The translations under genes were made by a program, and so were the position numbers. A stretch of DNA of 63,600 bases from Eubacteriales bacterium (GTDB lineage Bacteria > Bacillota > Clostridia > Oscillospirales > CAG-272), in contig JAZUPL010000035.1 in NCBI GenBank assembly GCA_045605175.1, positions 1-63,600 on the forward strand, in the 5' to 3' direction. The notes beneath the pieces were generated by a model. It was not told the origin of the DNA. It saw only the letters and a list, made by a program, of their open reading frames with translations, and made no database searches. This document shows positions 25,227 through 35,691 of this stretch, piece after piece (within the stretch, counting starts at the first letter, position 1; every line of letters starts with the position of its first letter).

Positions 25227-25718
25227 TCACTGATTAAATCCGAGGACAATTTGTGCCCTTGTGGGCTTAAACTCTGTGAGAGTGACGCCTGCGGCGATGA
25301 GCATTCTTTTCGATGCCTCAACACTCGGCGTTCCGTTATATTTGTTAGAGAGGTAGATAACCTCTTTTATTCCCGACTGGATAATAGCCTTGGCACACTC
25401 GTTGCAGGGGAATAGCGCAACATATAAACGAGAGCCAAAGAGTGATTTGCCCCCTGCGTTAAGCACTGCGTTGAGTTCGGCGTGTACTACGTATGGGTAC
25501 TTGGTTTCGCCCTGCTCGCTGTCGCGATTCCAAGGGAAGTCATCGTCAGAGCACCCCTGAGGAAAGCCGTTGTAGCCTGTTGAAATAATTCTGTTGCTGT
25601 TATCAACTATGCATGCGCCTACCTGGGTACTTGGGTCTTTGGAACGACCTGCCGCCAAGAGGGCAACGCCCATAAAGTATTCATCCCAGGATATGTAATC
25701 TATTCTCTTATCCGACAT
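25227..25718 (-). CDS. Deoxycytidylate (dCMP) deaminase
   Basis: HAELNA and PCNECAK zinc-binding motifs; 163 aa. Confidence 0.9.
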   Translation of the reverse strand: MSDKRIDYISWDEYFMGVALLAAGRSKDPSTQVGACIVDNSNRIISTGYNGFPQGCSDDDFPWNRDSEQGETKYPYVVHAELNAVLNAGGKSLFGSRLYVALFPCNECAKAIIQSGIKEVIYLSNKYNGTPSVEASKRMLIAAGVTLTEFKPTRAQIVLGFNQ

Positions 25719-25796
25719 AATAACTCTCCAAAACTTTTTTATATATCTATTCTAACACAAGCAAATTATTATGTCAATATTTTTATTGGAGCCGAT

Positions 25797-26690
25797 ATGG
25801 ATTATCTTTCGCTATATAAAAAGTGTACTTTATGTGCCCGAAACTGCTCGGTAGATCGACTATTTGGCGAGCGTGGATATTGTCGATGCACCGCCACTGC
25901 TGTGATAGCACGGGCAGATTTGCATAAATGGGAAGAGCCTATCATTTCTGGTGTGAGAGGTTCGGGGACTATATTTTTCTCTGGTTGCTCTCTTGGGTGC
26001 GTGTTTTGTCAAAATAGGGAAATATCTCGTGACGGTGTGGGCGAGAGGGTAAGTGAAGAAAAACTTGCCGACATAATGCTGGAACTTGAGCAAAAGGGTG
26101 CGCATAATATAAATTTCGTCACCCCCACCCACTTTGCACCGAGCGTCGTCTTGTCGGTGAAAATCGCGAGAAATAAGGGCTTAAAACTGCCGATAGTTTA
26201 TAACACAGGCTCTTATGAGAGGGTGGAAACCATAGATATGCTTTCCCGTACCGTTGACGTCTATCTACCCGACTACAAGTATTTTAGGAGCAAAACAGCA
26301 GCGAAGTATTCGAGTGCCTCCGACTACCCAGATGTCGCCTTTTCTGCCATTGAACGAATGGTTAAGCAAAAGCCGAGGGTGGTTATTGAGGACGGACTTA
26401 TAAAAAGCGGAGTAGTTATCCGTCTTTTGCTACTGCCCTCGCATCTTGCCGAGGGAAAACTTGCGTTAAGCCGATTATATTCCGCCTTTGGCAACGACGT
26501 ATATTATAGCCTGATGAACCAATATACTCCCCTTTCCGGGCTTATGCCACCGCTTAACCGCAGGGTGACACGGGCAGAGTACGACGAGTTTGTTGATTAT
26601 GCCGACCGTCTTGGTATAAAAAACGCCTTTACGCAAGGAGAGGGAACGAGCGACGAGGGATATATCCCCGATTTTGATAGGCTTGGATAA
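25797..26690 (+). CDS. Radical SAM protein, pyruvate formate-lyase-activase-like (PflX type)
   Basis: CSLGCVFCQN (CxxxCxxC) radical SAM motif, preceded by a Cys-rich N-terminus (CTLCARNC...YCRC). Confidence 0.8.
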   Translation: MDYLSLYKKCTLCARNCSVDRLFGERGYCRCTATAVIARADLHKWEEPIISGVRGSGTIFFSGCSLGCVFCQNREISRDGVGERVSEEKLADIMLELEQKGAHNINFVTPTHFAPSVVLSVKIARNKGLKLPIVYNTGSYERVETIDMLSRTVDVYLPDYKYFRSKTAAKYSSASDYPDVAFSAIERMVKQKPRVVIEDGLIKSGVVIRLLLLPSHLAEGKLALSRLYSAFGNDVYYSLMNQYTPLSGLMPPLNRRVTRAEYDEFVDYADRLGIKNAFTQGEGTSDEGYIPDFDRLG

Positions 26691-26893
26691 GTTGCTTTCA
26701 AAACCTCTCTGTCGGGGAAAAGCAAAAGGGCTTGAATAGTAAGACCCACCCAGAGAAAGCCTTCACAAAGCCTCCCTCCGAGAGCGAGGTGGCACGGCGT
26801 AGCCGTGACGAAGCGAGAGCGCGTGTAGTAAAGTTGCCGATTTTGCTATTTATATACAAATATAGGCACACCATCGTGTTTTGTTTTATAATG

Positions 26894-26931
26894 AAAAGGG
26901 CGACAGTAGAGTAAAATCTCTATTGTCGCTC
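26894..26931 (-). terminator. Intrinsic terminator of the pot operon
   Basis: gcgaca..tgtcgc outer stem with inner tagag/ctcta, and a minus-strand U-run. Confidence 0.7.
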
Positions 26932-26938
26932 TTCCTAT

Positions 26939-28294
26939 TTAGTTGTTTTTGTTCGCTCTGTCACGGTATCTGTAAAACCGAGAGCGTTTTTTCTTAATAT
27001 AGAGGTTATAGATGCAAAGCGTTAAAACCGATACCACTATAATGCCTGCAACAATATGCACCCATAGCTCCACTGCACTCCAGGTCTTGAGTTTTTCCCA
27101 ACTGTTGTTAAGATAGGTTTGCACGCTCATTCCTGCGTTTTCTCCATTTGTCAAAACCAGTTGGCTGTCTATTAGGCTACGATAATCGAGATCGTAGGAA
27201 TAGGTGCCCTTTGCTTCTTCAATGGAAGTGCCGTAGAGAATATCCATAGCGTATTCGCCCATTTCCTCGGCATATTCTTCGCTATCTCTGACAAGTGTGT
27301 TAGGGGAGGCGTATCCGATATAAAGGGCGTTGGCAATAGCAGGCTCTTCCGAGAGCATAAAGTTGATATATTCCTTTGCTACGTCGGGGTATCTCGCATT
27401 CTTGGGGATACACATAGCATCTACGAAGTAGTTCGTGCCCTCCTTGGGATAGTAGAAGGAGAGTGCCTCGTTTTCGTCGTTCATAATGATAAAGTCGCCT
27501 GCATAGTAGGGGGCGATAGCCGCCGAGCCGGTGCTCATCTTGTTGAAAATCTCGTCGTTTACATAGGCTTGAAGCAGGGGCTTCTGCTCTTTTAACAGTT
27601 CGAGCACCTGGTCCCATTCCTCTGCCTTATCAGTATTTATGTTGATATTCTTGTAGTACATCGCTGTACCAAAGGCATCGCGTGGGTTGTTAAACTGCAA
27701 AATCTTGCCTTGATAGTTGGGATTCCACATAAGTCCCCAGGAGGGGTTTTTAATCTCGCCATTTTCGTCAAGGTCTTCGGGATTTAACAGTTCGGTGTTG
27801 TAAATAACACCAACCATACCGTAGGTATAGGGGACGGAATACCTGTTTGTGGGATCGTATTTGCAGTTTTCTCCCTTGAACTCGTCGGCGATATATTGGT
27901 AGTTTTCGAGCGAGGTTACGTCGAATTCGAGGAGCATATTCTCGGCTATCATTTGCTCTATCATATAGTCGGAGGGAATAACAACGTCGTATGTTCCTGC
28001 ATTGTTCGAGAGTTTGCTATACATTTCCTCGTTGTTAGAATAGGTAGTGTAAAGCACCTCGACACGCTGTCCTGTGAGTTCGTAGTAATACTCTTCAAAG
28101 GCGGCGTTTGTGTTGAAGGAGTCCTCCGAGCCGTCGGAGATATATTCACCCCAGTTATAAACGCTCAGGGTTATAGTGCCACTTGGAGTGGTGTTTTCCA
28201 CCTCGTTATTCTCGTCAGTCGAGCAGGAAGTGGCAAACAGGAGCAAAGACATTCCGAGGAGCAAAAGGGCAATAGTGAGGAGAATTTTTCTCAT
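26939..28294 (-). CDS. potD: Spermidine/putrescine ABC transporter substrate-binding lipoprotein PotD, with an extra C-terminal TM anchor
   Basis: Lipobox-like LFATSC; PotD-type SBP body; C-terminal VHIVAGIIVVSVLTLCIYNLY followed by a basic tail. Confidence 0.85.
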   Translation of the reverse strand: MRKILLTIALLLLGMSLLLFATSCSTDENNEVENTTPSGTITLSVYNWGEYISDGSEDSFNTNAAFEEYYYELTGQRVEVLYTTYSNNEEMYSKLSNNAGTYDVVIPSDYMIEQMIAENMLLEFDVTSLENYQYIADEFKGENCKYDPTNRYSVPYTYGMVGVIYNTELLNPEDLDENGEIKNPSWGLMWNPNYQGKILQFNNPRDAFGTAMYYKNININTDKAEEWDQVLELLKEQKPLLQAYVNDEIFNKMSTGSAAIAPYYAGDFIIMNDENEALSFYYPKEGTNYFVDAMCIPKNARYPDVAKEYINFMLSEEPAIANALYIGYASPNTLVRDSEEYAEEMGEYAMDILYGTSIEEAKGTYSYDLDYRSLIDSQLVLTNGENAGMSVQTYLNNSWEKLKTWSAVELWVHIVAGIIVVSVLTLCIYNLYIKKKRSRFYRYRDRANKNN

Positions 28295-29124
28295 TTTGTC
28301 GCACCTCCATTTTTCTTTTTAGAGGGGACACTGCTCTTACCGCTGCGAACATTGGAAATTACAAGGAAAATAAATATCGTAACAATAATAAGCGTGGAAA
28401 GTGCGTACATATCCGGAGTAACCTTTTTCTTGGTCATCGAGTAGATAAGCAAGGGCAAGGTCTGGAATTTTGCCGAGCCGACAAAGTAGGAAATAACGAA
28501 GTCGTCAAGAGAGAGGGTAAATGCCATCATAAATCCGGAGATAACACCGGGGAGAATGTTGGGGAGTTTTACCTTTAAGAAAGCCTGCATAGGAGTGCAT
28601 CCGAGGTCCATAGCCGCCTCAGAGAGCGAGTTGCCGAGTTCGTTAATTCTCGGGAGCACCGAGAGAATAACATAAGGCAGACAGAAGGTGGTGTGCGCGA
28701 TAAGCATAGTAACAAAGCCAATATCGTCATAGGAAACACCAATAATTCCCGCCACAGCGACAAAGAATAGCATCATAGACATACCGGTAACAATATCGGG
28801 GTTCATCATAGGGATATTTGTAACCGAGGTTATTGCCTTTTTGATAAACACGTTACGCATACGGTATATGCCCTCTGCTGCAGCCGTACCGATGAGGGTG
28901 GAGAGCAGGGCAGAGGAGAGTGCAAGCACCAAGGTGTTTTGAAGTGCGGTAAAGGTCTCAGGCGAGGTGTTAGGGTTAAACAGTTCGATATACCACCTAA
29001 GGCTAAAGCCCTCAAAAATTGCGGTGCTGTTGGTAGCGTTAAAGGAGAAGAGAATAAGAGTGACAATCGGAATATAAAGTATTCCAAAGACGAGGAAAAG
29101 GTAGATTTTAGATAAGTGTTTCAT
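28291..29124 (-). CDS. potC: Spermidine/putrescine ABC transporter permease PotC
   Basis: BPD-type permease with an EAAxxxG-like loop (SEAAMDLGCTPMQAF). 4-nt overlaps with both neighbours. Confidence 0.88.
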   Translation of the reverse strand: MKHLSKIYLFLVFGILYIPIVTLILFSFNATNSTAIFEGFSLRWYIELFNPNTSPETFTALQNTLVLALSSALLSTLIGTAAAEGIYRMRNVFIKKAITSVTNIPMMNPDIVTGMSMMLFFVAVAGIIGVSYDDIGFVTMLIAHTTFCLPYVILSVLPRINELGNSLSEAAMDLGCTPMQAFLKVKLPNILPGVISGFMMAFTLSLDDFVISYFVGSAKFQTLPLLIYSMTKKKVTPDMYALSTLIIVTIFIFLVISNVRSGKSSVPSKKKNGGATK

Positions 29125-29933
29125 ACTATGATACCTCCGTCCTCGGTGTCACCAAACTTATTCATAATAGACAAGGAAATGAGAATAAGCACCATCATAA
29201 CCATAGAGATAGCCGCACCCGTGTTAAGTGCTCCGCTAACGAATTGACGCTCTATCGTGTCACCGATAAGTTCAAATGTGCCTCCACCTAACTTCTGCGA
29301 GATGTAGAATGTGGATATGGAGGGGACGAATACCATAGTCACGCCCGAAATCACACCCGAGAGCGACAGGGGGAAGATAACCCTTGTGAGCACCTGGATA
29401 CCGTTGCATCCGAGGTCTTGCGCCGCCTCCCACATATGCTTGTCTATCTTGCTGATACAGGTGTAGATAGGCAAAACCATATAGGGCAAAAAGTCGTAAA
29501 CTATTCCGAAAATAACCGCACCCTTTGTACCTATAAAGTGAATTTGCGTGCCGAGGAGGGTGTTCAATATGCCTCCGTCGTCAAAAATAGCCATTATAGA
29601 GTAAGTCCTTATAAGCAGGTTTGTCCACATCGGGAGCATCAGGAGCATAATGTAAAACTTCTGCGCCCTGGGGCTTGACTTTGCAATGATATATGCAAGA
29701 GGATAGCCGATAATAAAACAGATAAAGGTAGCAATAACGCTAAGTTCGAGAGAAACACCGAATATTTCGCCATAGTTGGCAAGCGAGGCAAGGTTAGCAA
29801 AACTAAAGTTTCCAAACTCATCGGTAAAGGCATAGTAAGCAACTATAATCAGGGGCAGAACAATAAATAGAATTGCCCAAAAAATATGCGGTGCTGCCGC
29901 AATCGAACTCATAAGAGATCTTTTTTTGTTCAT
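29121..29933 (-). CDS. potB: Spermidine/putrescine ABC transporter permease PotB
   Basis: BPD-type permease with WEAAQDLGCNGIQV loop. Confidence 0.88.
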   Translation of the reverse strand: MNKKRSLMSSIAAAPHIFWAILFIVLPLIIVAYYAFTDEFGNFSFANLASLANYGEIFGVSLELSVIATFICFIIGYPLAYIIAKSSPRAQKFYIMLLMLPMWTNLLIRTYSIMAIFDDGGILNTLLGTQIHFIGTKGAVIFGIVYDFLPYMVLPIYTCISKIDKHMWEAAQDLGCNGIQVLTRVIFPLSLSGVISGVTMVFVPSISTFYISQKLGGGTFELIGDTIERQFVSGALNTGAAISMVMMVLILISLSIMNKFGDTEDGGIIV

Positions 29934-29985
29934 TTCAATATCCTTATTGCTCTAAAAAGAGCAGATCCGTTTCATACTTAATAAA

Positions 29986-31104
29986 TCAGAACTCCTCTGC
30001 GGAGTCAACGTTGGAAAGTTCGTCTATTTCATCCGAGAAGGAGGAGTAGTCGCCGAACATACCCGAATACTTGGATTTTTTCATAATGTGGATAGCATCC
30101 GGCTCTATGTAAAGACCGATATACTGTTCAGGGGCTACATAGTCTGTGCTTTGAATCATCCATTTGAATCCGCCTATATCGACTATAATCTCATAATGGA
30201 CACCCTTGAACGTCACAGAACTTACCTGACCCGTGAGCATACCCTTTTCGGGAGCGACAACGTCCACGTCCTCAGGGCGAACAACCACGTCAACCGGCTC
30301 GCCTTTTTCGTATCCACCGTCCACACAGTCAAAGACGTGAGAGGCAAATTTTACTCGCCTGTCTTCAAGCATAACACCGTCAAGAATATTACTCTCGCCT
30401 ATAAAGTCGGCAACGAATGCATTTTTAGGCTCATTGTAAATATCGGTGGGAGTGCCTATCTGTTGAATTTCACCGTCTGCCATAACCACAATGGTGTCAG
30501 ACATAGAGAGTGCCTCTTCCTGATCGTGGGTAACGTAGATAAATGTAATTCCGGTTGCCTGCTGAATATTTTTGAGTTCGTTTTGCATATCCTTGCGCAG
30601 TTTTAGGTCGAGTGCGCCAAGCGGTTCGTCGAGCAAAAGAACGCGGGGGTGAGAGATAAGGGCGCGGGCGATAGCCACACGCTGTTGTTGACCGCCTGAA
30701 AGAGTGCTTACACTCTTATTCTCAAAGCCGACAAGGGCAACCATTTTGAGCATCTCGGTTACTCTCTCACGGATTTCTTCCTCTGCTATCTTTTTTAGAC
30801 GTAGAGGAAATGCGATATTTTCATATACATTAAGGTGAGGAAAAAGAGCATATTTTTGGAAAACCGTGTTAATAGGACGCTTGTAGGCAGGAACGTCGCT
30901 GATTTCCACACCTTCGAAGTACAACTCGCCCTCATCCTGAGTTTCAAAGCCACCAATAATACGAAGCGTGGTGGTCTTGCCACATCCCGACGGGCCGAGG
31001 AAGGTGATAAATTCCTTATCCCTTATATAAAGGTCGATATGCTCAATAACCTTTTCATCATCATAGGATTTTGAAATCCCTTTTAACTCGATAAGTTTAG
31101 CCAT
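29986..31104 (-). CDS. potA: Spermidine/putrescine ABC transporter ATPase PotA
   Basis: Walker [18 protein letters not shown], Walker B LLLDEPL, and a TOBE-like C-terminus. Confidence 0.92.
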   Translation of the reverse strand: MAKLIELKGISKSYDDEKVIEHIDLYIRDKEFITFLGPSGCGKTTTLRIIGGFETQDEGELYFEGVEISDVPAYKRPINTVFQKYALFPHLNVYENIAFPLRLKKIAEEEIRERVTEMLKMVALVGFENKSVSTLSGGQQQRVAIARALISHPRVLLLDEPLGALDLKLRKDMQNELKNIQQATGITFIYVTHDQEEALSMSDTIVVMADGEIQQIGTPTDIYNEPKNAFVADFIGESNILDGVMLEDRRVKFASHVFDCVDGGYEKGEPVDVVVRPEDVDVVAPEKGMLTGQVSSVTFKGVHYEIIVDIGGFKWMIQSTDYVAPEQYIGLYIEPDAIHIMKKSKYSGMFGDYSSFSDEIDELSNVDSAEEF

Positions 31105-31351
31105 TTTTTAGAAAAATCCCTTCTTGTCAAAATTCGGTTATAAAAGTATATAAATGTCGTATATAATATGATATCAAATTATAACAAAAAGATATATAAT
31201 TTTCAATAGGTTAGACACATTTTTTTCTAAAAATATTTTGAATTAGCCACAAAGAGATGAATTTATCCGTATTTTTTCAGCGTTTACAACCTAAAATGCT
31301 CGCAAAATCTCTTGAAATCTCTTAAATGCTCCCTAATTCTCAAAAAATGTG

Positions 31352-31954
31352 TTAAAGACGTTTGCGGAGTTTAATAAGCAAAGAAATGAAAAAAACAGCA
31401 AAAAACCAATATCCCATACCGCACCTGTCAATCAGGCAGAGCGAAAAAAGGCACAAAAGAGAAGTAAGAATAAACGAGGTGTGATAAAGCAGGGATAATA
31501 AACGCGGTTTTTCATAAAAAGAAAATGCCTCAAAAAGTGCCACATAACCATCGTAACCCTCGATAGGCAAAAGGTTGGAAAGGGCGGTGGCGAGGTTGAT
31601 GCAGGCGAAAGTAAAGAGGTATTCCTGCTTAGCAAAACCAAAGAACAACAGGGCGAAAAATACCGTTAAATTTGACACGGGGCCTGCCATAGCGGTAATT
31701 ATTCGACTTTTGTATGAGGTTATGTTGCTGTCCTTTATCCGAAAGCCGTATATCTTCGCGTGAAGACTTGGATTGCTCTTAAAAAGCCCCTGTGCCAACA
31801 GATGTCCACACTCGTGAATTAAGGCACAGAGTATTGTTAACACAGCCACATAGGGCTCGTCAAAACTGAAAATCAGCGTCACCCAAAAAACAAGGGGCAA
31901 AATGCTATCTGCAAATTCCTTTATAATTCTTTTTGTAATTTTTGCAATTTGCAT
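31352..31954 (-). CDS. Small M50-family (site-2 protease-like) intramembrane metalloprotease
   Basis: HECGH inside a TM helix plus NLLPIEGYDG (NxxPxxxxDG) motif. 200 aa, no PDZ domain. Confidence 0.75.
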   Translation of the reverse strand: MQIAKITKRIIKEFADSILPLVFWVTLIFSFDEPYVAVLTILCALIHECGHLLAQGLFKSNPSLHAKIYGFRIKDSNITSYKSRIITAMAGPVSNLTVFFALLFFGFAKQEYLFTFACINLATALSNLLPIEGYDGYVALFEAFSFYEKPRLLSLLYHTSFILTSLLCLFSLCLIDRCGMGYWFFAVFFISLLIKLRKRL

Positions 31955-32106
31955 AAAAAGGAACGCCTCCCATTTGGTAAAAATGTTTGAAATCTATAAA
32001 ATAAAAAATTAAAAATTTATGCCTTGATTTTATAAATATAATATGATAGAATAAAACAGAAAATAATACATTTGTAACTTATTTCTTTAAAATGGAGGTT
32101 TAATAT

Positions 32107-34470
32107 ATGAACAAGAGATATCTTTTTCTTGCTTTGATACTCGTGTTTTGTATCTTTGCTTGCCTGCTTTCTTCCTGTAATGGTCAATTTGATATCTTCC
32201 TGCCAGGCAACAACCCGCCCGATGATAATCCTCCAACACCTGACGTGCCCGTCGTGCCGGATGAGCCCGAAATGATTACCTTTACCATTCGTGACAAGTC
32301 CAACGACGAGCGCATTGCTGCATTTTCTGTTTCCAAGGGTATTATACCAAGTAATAATGATACTCTTATGAATGCTATAGAAAACGCACGCAACCGCGGA
32401 TATGGCTTTGCCGCTTGGTATATCGACAAGAATAAGTCAACATCAGAATATGTTTTTAATCCCGAAACCCCTGTATTTGAGGATTCGACCATCTACGGTG
32501 ACAGAGGAAATCTTGCGGGCGAAAATCTCACATGGAGTTATGACATTGCCAAAGCCACACTTACAATAAGCGGTAGTGGTGATATGTACGACTTTAAGTA
32601 TAACGAGGACGCACCTTGGATTAAATACGCATCTCTTGTTGAAAATATCGTTTTTGATGGCGAAATAACCTCCATAGGCGAGCATGCATTTTACAAATTT
32701 ACCGCTATTTCCGAAGTTTATCTTCCTGACGGTATTGTCAAAATCGGCAAGAACTCATTCTACGATTCCTCGATAACTCACATTAATTTCCCCCCCTCTC
32801 TTCTTTATATAGGCACACAGGCATTTAAGTACTGTGAGGGACTTACTAAACTTGAATTTAATCACGGTTTACAAGAAATTGGCGACGGTGCTTTTAACGG
32901 TGGATACAATATTATAAGCGTTATTCTTACCGATAAAATAGCCGAACTCGGCACGAGTGCATTCCAGGACTGTGTCAATTTGCAGACCGCGTATTATATG
33001 GGTACAGTCGAGCAGTATAACAGTATGATTGTTCGTCTTGACAACTTCTGGATTCAGCAACTTGCAAACACCTATTATCTCTCACCGACCAAGCCTGAAG
33101 AGCCCGGCCCTTATTGGCACCTTGGCGAAAACGGCGAGATTATAAACTGGTATTACACAATAGGCTATCTTTCCGAGAGTTATTCTACAAACGGTAAGGT
33201 TCCTTTCGCCTTTGACTATGTTGATCCCGAGATAGGCATTACACAGGAGCATGTGGATTTCTTAAACAACCTGTGGTATCACGGATATCAATTCTCATCT
33301 TGGAGAGATGCAAGCACCGGCAGAAAGTACACTATGACTGCGGGCTCAAAACTTTATGCGGATATCCGACTTCGCGGCAGTCGCGGTAACAGATGCGGTG
33401 ACAACCTCACTTATAGTATTTCGGGTTCTGTGCTCACTATTAGCGGAAACGGCGCTATGTGGGACTTCGAAAAAACTAACGATGCCCCTTGGAGTTCGCG
33501 TTCCTATTCCGAGGTTCATATCGGTGAGGGAGTAACCTATATCGGTGCTAACGCTTTCTGTAACAACGTGTCGATTAAATATATTGATATTCCAACTAAT
33601 GTTAAGGGGATTCACAAAAGCGCCTTTGTAAGTAATGTAAACCTTAGATACATCTATTATCTTGGTGACAAGGAACAAATACTCTCTGTTGAGGGTGTTT
33701 CCTCGCTTGTTGATATTGGCGAGGCAAGAATATATGCCTACACCGAGCACACGGGACTTAGCGATATAGCATATTGGGCAAACATCGAGGGTACAGACCT
33801 CTCGGGCAGAGTTACCTGGTTCTTGGATAACGGAAAACTTTACGTTGGCGGCAACGAATCGCTTGTTAACTACGATAGTTTTGCGTCCACCCCTTGGGCG
33901 GCATTTGCTTCCTCGGTAACCGAGGTAGTTATCATTAGCGGTGCTAACAGAATAGGCGCTAACAGTTTTAACGGTATGACAAATCTTGCAAGTGTAAGTA
34001 TTCCTGCAAGTGTGCTTAAAATTTCCGCATCTGCCTTTGCGGGAACACCGATTTACACCAACCTTGACGGATATACCGACGGCGCACTTTATATATCAAA
34101 CCACCTTATCAGGGTAGAGCCTACACTCGTGACAAACGAGTTCCGCATCAAGGAAGGCACACTCTCTGTTGCAGAAAATGCCTTTGAAGGCTGTACTTCT
34201 ATAACTTCTATCGTCTTTAATAAGGAGATTGTCGGCGTATATAGAGGTGCTCTTTCGGGCTTAACCTCGCTTGAGAAAATCTTCTTTACCGGTACGGCAA
34301 TAAACGGTTGGAATTCCATCTGGGATTCGGGTAACAACCTTGAGTCTCAGGAACTTGAAGGAGTAATTATCTACTGCTTCTCCAAATATGAGCCTAAAAA
34401 CGACGGCAACTGGTGGTACTATGGCTCAGGCTTTACTCTTGAAATCTGGCCCGCAAAAGAGCAAGGCTAA
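32107..34470 (+). CDS. BspA-type leucine-rich-repeat surface lipoprotein with InlB B-repeats
   Basis: Lipobox LLSSC. Pro-rich linker. Repeated units GxNLTWSYD...TLTISGSGxMxDF....APW and LRR_5-like units (I..I...AF..C..L..I). Confidence 0.85.
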   Translation: MNKRYLFLALILVFCIFACLLSSCNGQFDIFLPGNNPPDDNPPTPDVPVVPDEPEMITFTIRDKSNDERIAAFSVSKGIIPSNNDTLMNAIENARNRGYGFAAWYIDKNKSTSEYVFNPETPVFEDSTIYGDRGNLAGENLTWSYDIAKATLTISGSGDMYDFKYNEDAPWIKYASLVENIVFDGEITSIGEHAFYKFTAISEVYLPDGIVKIGKNSFYDSSITHINFPPSLLYIGTQAFKYCEGLTKLEFNHGLQEIGDGAFNGGYNIISVILTDKIAELGTSAFQDCVNLQTAYYMGTVEQYNSMIVRLDNFWIQQLANTYYLSPTKPEEPGPYWHLGENGEIINWYYTIGYLSESYSTNGKVPFAFDYVDPEIGITQEHVDFLNNLWYHGYQFSSWRDASTGRKYTMTAGSKLYADIRLRGSRGNRCGDNLTYSISGSVLTISGNGAMWDFEKTNDAPWSSRSYSEVHIGEGVTYIGANAFCNNVSIKYIDIPTNVKGIHKSAFVSNVNLRYIYYLGDKEQILSVEGVSSLVDIGEARIYAYTEHTGLSDIAYWANIEGTDLSGRVTWFLDNGKLYVGGNESLVNYDSFASTPWAAFASSVTEVVIISGANRIGANSFNGMTNLASVSIPASVLKISASAFAGTPIYTNLDGYTDGALYISNHLIRVEPTLVTNEFRIKEGTLSVAENAFEGCTSITSIVFNKEIVGVYRGALSGLTSLEKIFFTGTAINGWNSIWDSGNNLESQELEGVIIYCFSKYEPKNDGNWWYYGSGFTLEIWPAKEQG

Positions 34471-34495
34471 CAAGAAATACTAAATTAAAATAGAA

Positions 34496-34563
34496 AAAGC
34501 AAGAACAGAAATGTGTGTTTTCGGTTAATGATAACACGCAAAACTGTTCTTGCTTTTGTTTTT
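34496..34563. terminator. Bidirectional terminator
   Basis: aaagcaagaacag/ctgttcttgcttt long stem, T-run downstream and A-run upstream. Confidence 0.8.
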
Positions 34564-34602
34564 GGTAAAAACCAAATAAAATGATGAAACAAATCTTTTT
34601 GG

Positions 34603-35406
34603 TTAGTTGCTTTTTGGCTTAACCCTGTACCTCTTTGGCATAGTGATTAAAGAGGGCGAGCGAATTGTTATCTTCGTCCCCGACACATCGACCTTGATAG
34701 AGCCGTCATCCTCCACGCTGAATATGGTGCAGTTTCGTTTTTTGTCACCGTCGTCGTATTTTGCGGTTTCGCCAATAAGGGCAAATCTGCTCTTATAAAT
34801 TGACATAAACTCGTTTGAGGTCTTTATATTTGCATAGAAGCCAAGGAACTTGTTAAGCACGTTTTTTGCGATTATTACAGGTATAGAACTGTTATCGCTT
34901 TCAAATACTTCGCTGATAATATCTGTTATCCTCGGAGGAAAGTTCTTGTCATCAAGTCTTATAGCAAAGGTGACAATAAGATATTCGTAGGCGGTATAGT
35001 TGTCAAGTTTACCTTCTATTGCCACGCTTCCGCATTTTTCACCCTCGCAGTAAATATCACTTACCCAACCAAGACCGAGGTTTTTCGACGTATGCTCCTC
35101 GAGGGCGGTTATCATAGCGGTGGCAGACAGAGCACCGAGCAAGGACGCCTGAGAGGGGAAGAACGAGGGACGAAGAATAAGCGAGAGAAACATTCCGTAT
35201 TCCAAATCACGGTTGCTGCCCTTTGAATCGGTAAGAGATGATTTGTACTGTCTTTCCGAGAAAACGGCATATCTGTCAGGGTATCCTTTTTTCGCATATT
35301 CCCGTGTCAGTTCGATAACAGAGGGAAGAGAACTGTAAATCTCCATTTTTATGATATTACCGTCAGAACCGCGAATGCTAATGATATTGTTTGTAGAAGA
35401 TATCAT
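34603..35406 (-). CDS. Biotin protein ligase (BPL/BirA catalytic-domain)-like protein with degenerate active-site motifs
   Basis: BPL-like core FLSLILRPS...GLGWVSDIY...GSVAIEG. It lacks the GRGRxGRxW motif and the KWPND lysine. Confidence 0.65.
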   Translation of the reverse strand: MISSTNNIISIRGSDGNIIKMEIYSSLPSVIELTREYAKKGYPDRYAVFSERQYKSSLTDSKGSNRDLEYGMFLSLILRPSFFPSQASLLGALSATAMITALEEHTSKNLGLGWVSDIYCEGEKCGSVAIEGKLDNYTAYEYLIVTFAIRLDDKNFPPRITDIISEVFESDNSSIPVIIAKNVLNKFLGFYANIKTSNEFMSIYKSRFALIGETAKYDDGDKKRNCTIFSVEDDGSIKVDVSGTKITIRSPSLITMPKRYRVKPKSN

Positions 35407-35589
35407 ATTCTCTCCTTTCTTTCAATCGAAATCTTATGAATGTAATTTGATATAAAGCGTATTTCTGCATATAATTTATTATATACTACAAAGTTTATTT
35501 TGTCAAGATTTGAAAACACAGTCAGACATAATGAAAAAAACATTGAATAAATAAAATGCAATTATAGGAGATAAAAATTGCAAAAGGTA

Positions 35590-35618
35590 TTGCAATTTAT
35601 AAATAAATATAGTATAAT
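35590..35618 (+). promoter_or_regulatory. Sigma-A promoter of the aminotransferase gene
   Basis: TTGCAA-17 nt-TATAAT. Confidence 0.65.
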
Positions 35619-35691
35619 GTAGAGGAATTTTCAATAAAAATGAATTTTTTGGAATTTTCTCATTCAAAAAGCGATAAAAACGAGGTATTTG

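Noticed and set aside
26732-26914. 60-aa ORF (…PPSESEVARRSRDEARA…) and the 67-aa ORF at 36997..37200
   Set aside because: Both lie wholly within GC-rich repeat or terminator sequence and have no RBS. Their composition is driven by the repeat.
31105-31351. AT-rich 250-bp spacer upstream of potA, scanned for a riboswitch or dif-like site
   Set aside because: It has no conserved riboswitch core, no XerCD dif-like 28-mer and no convincing hairpin-plus-U-run. It is most simply a promoter region.
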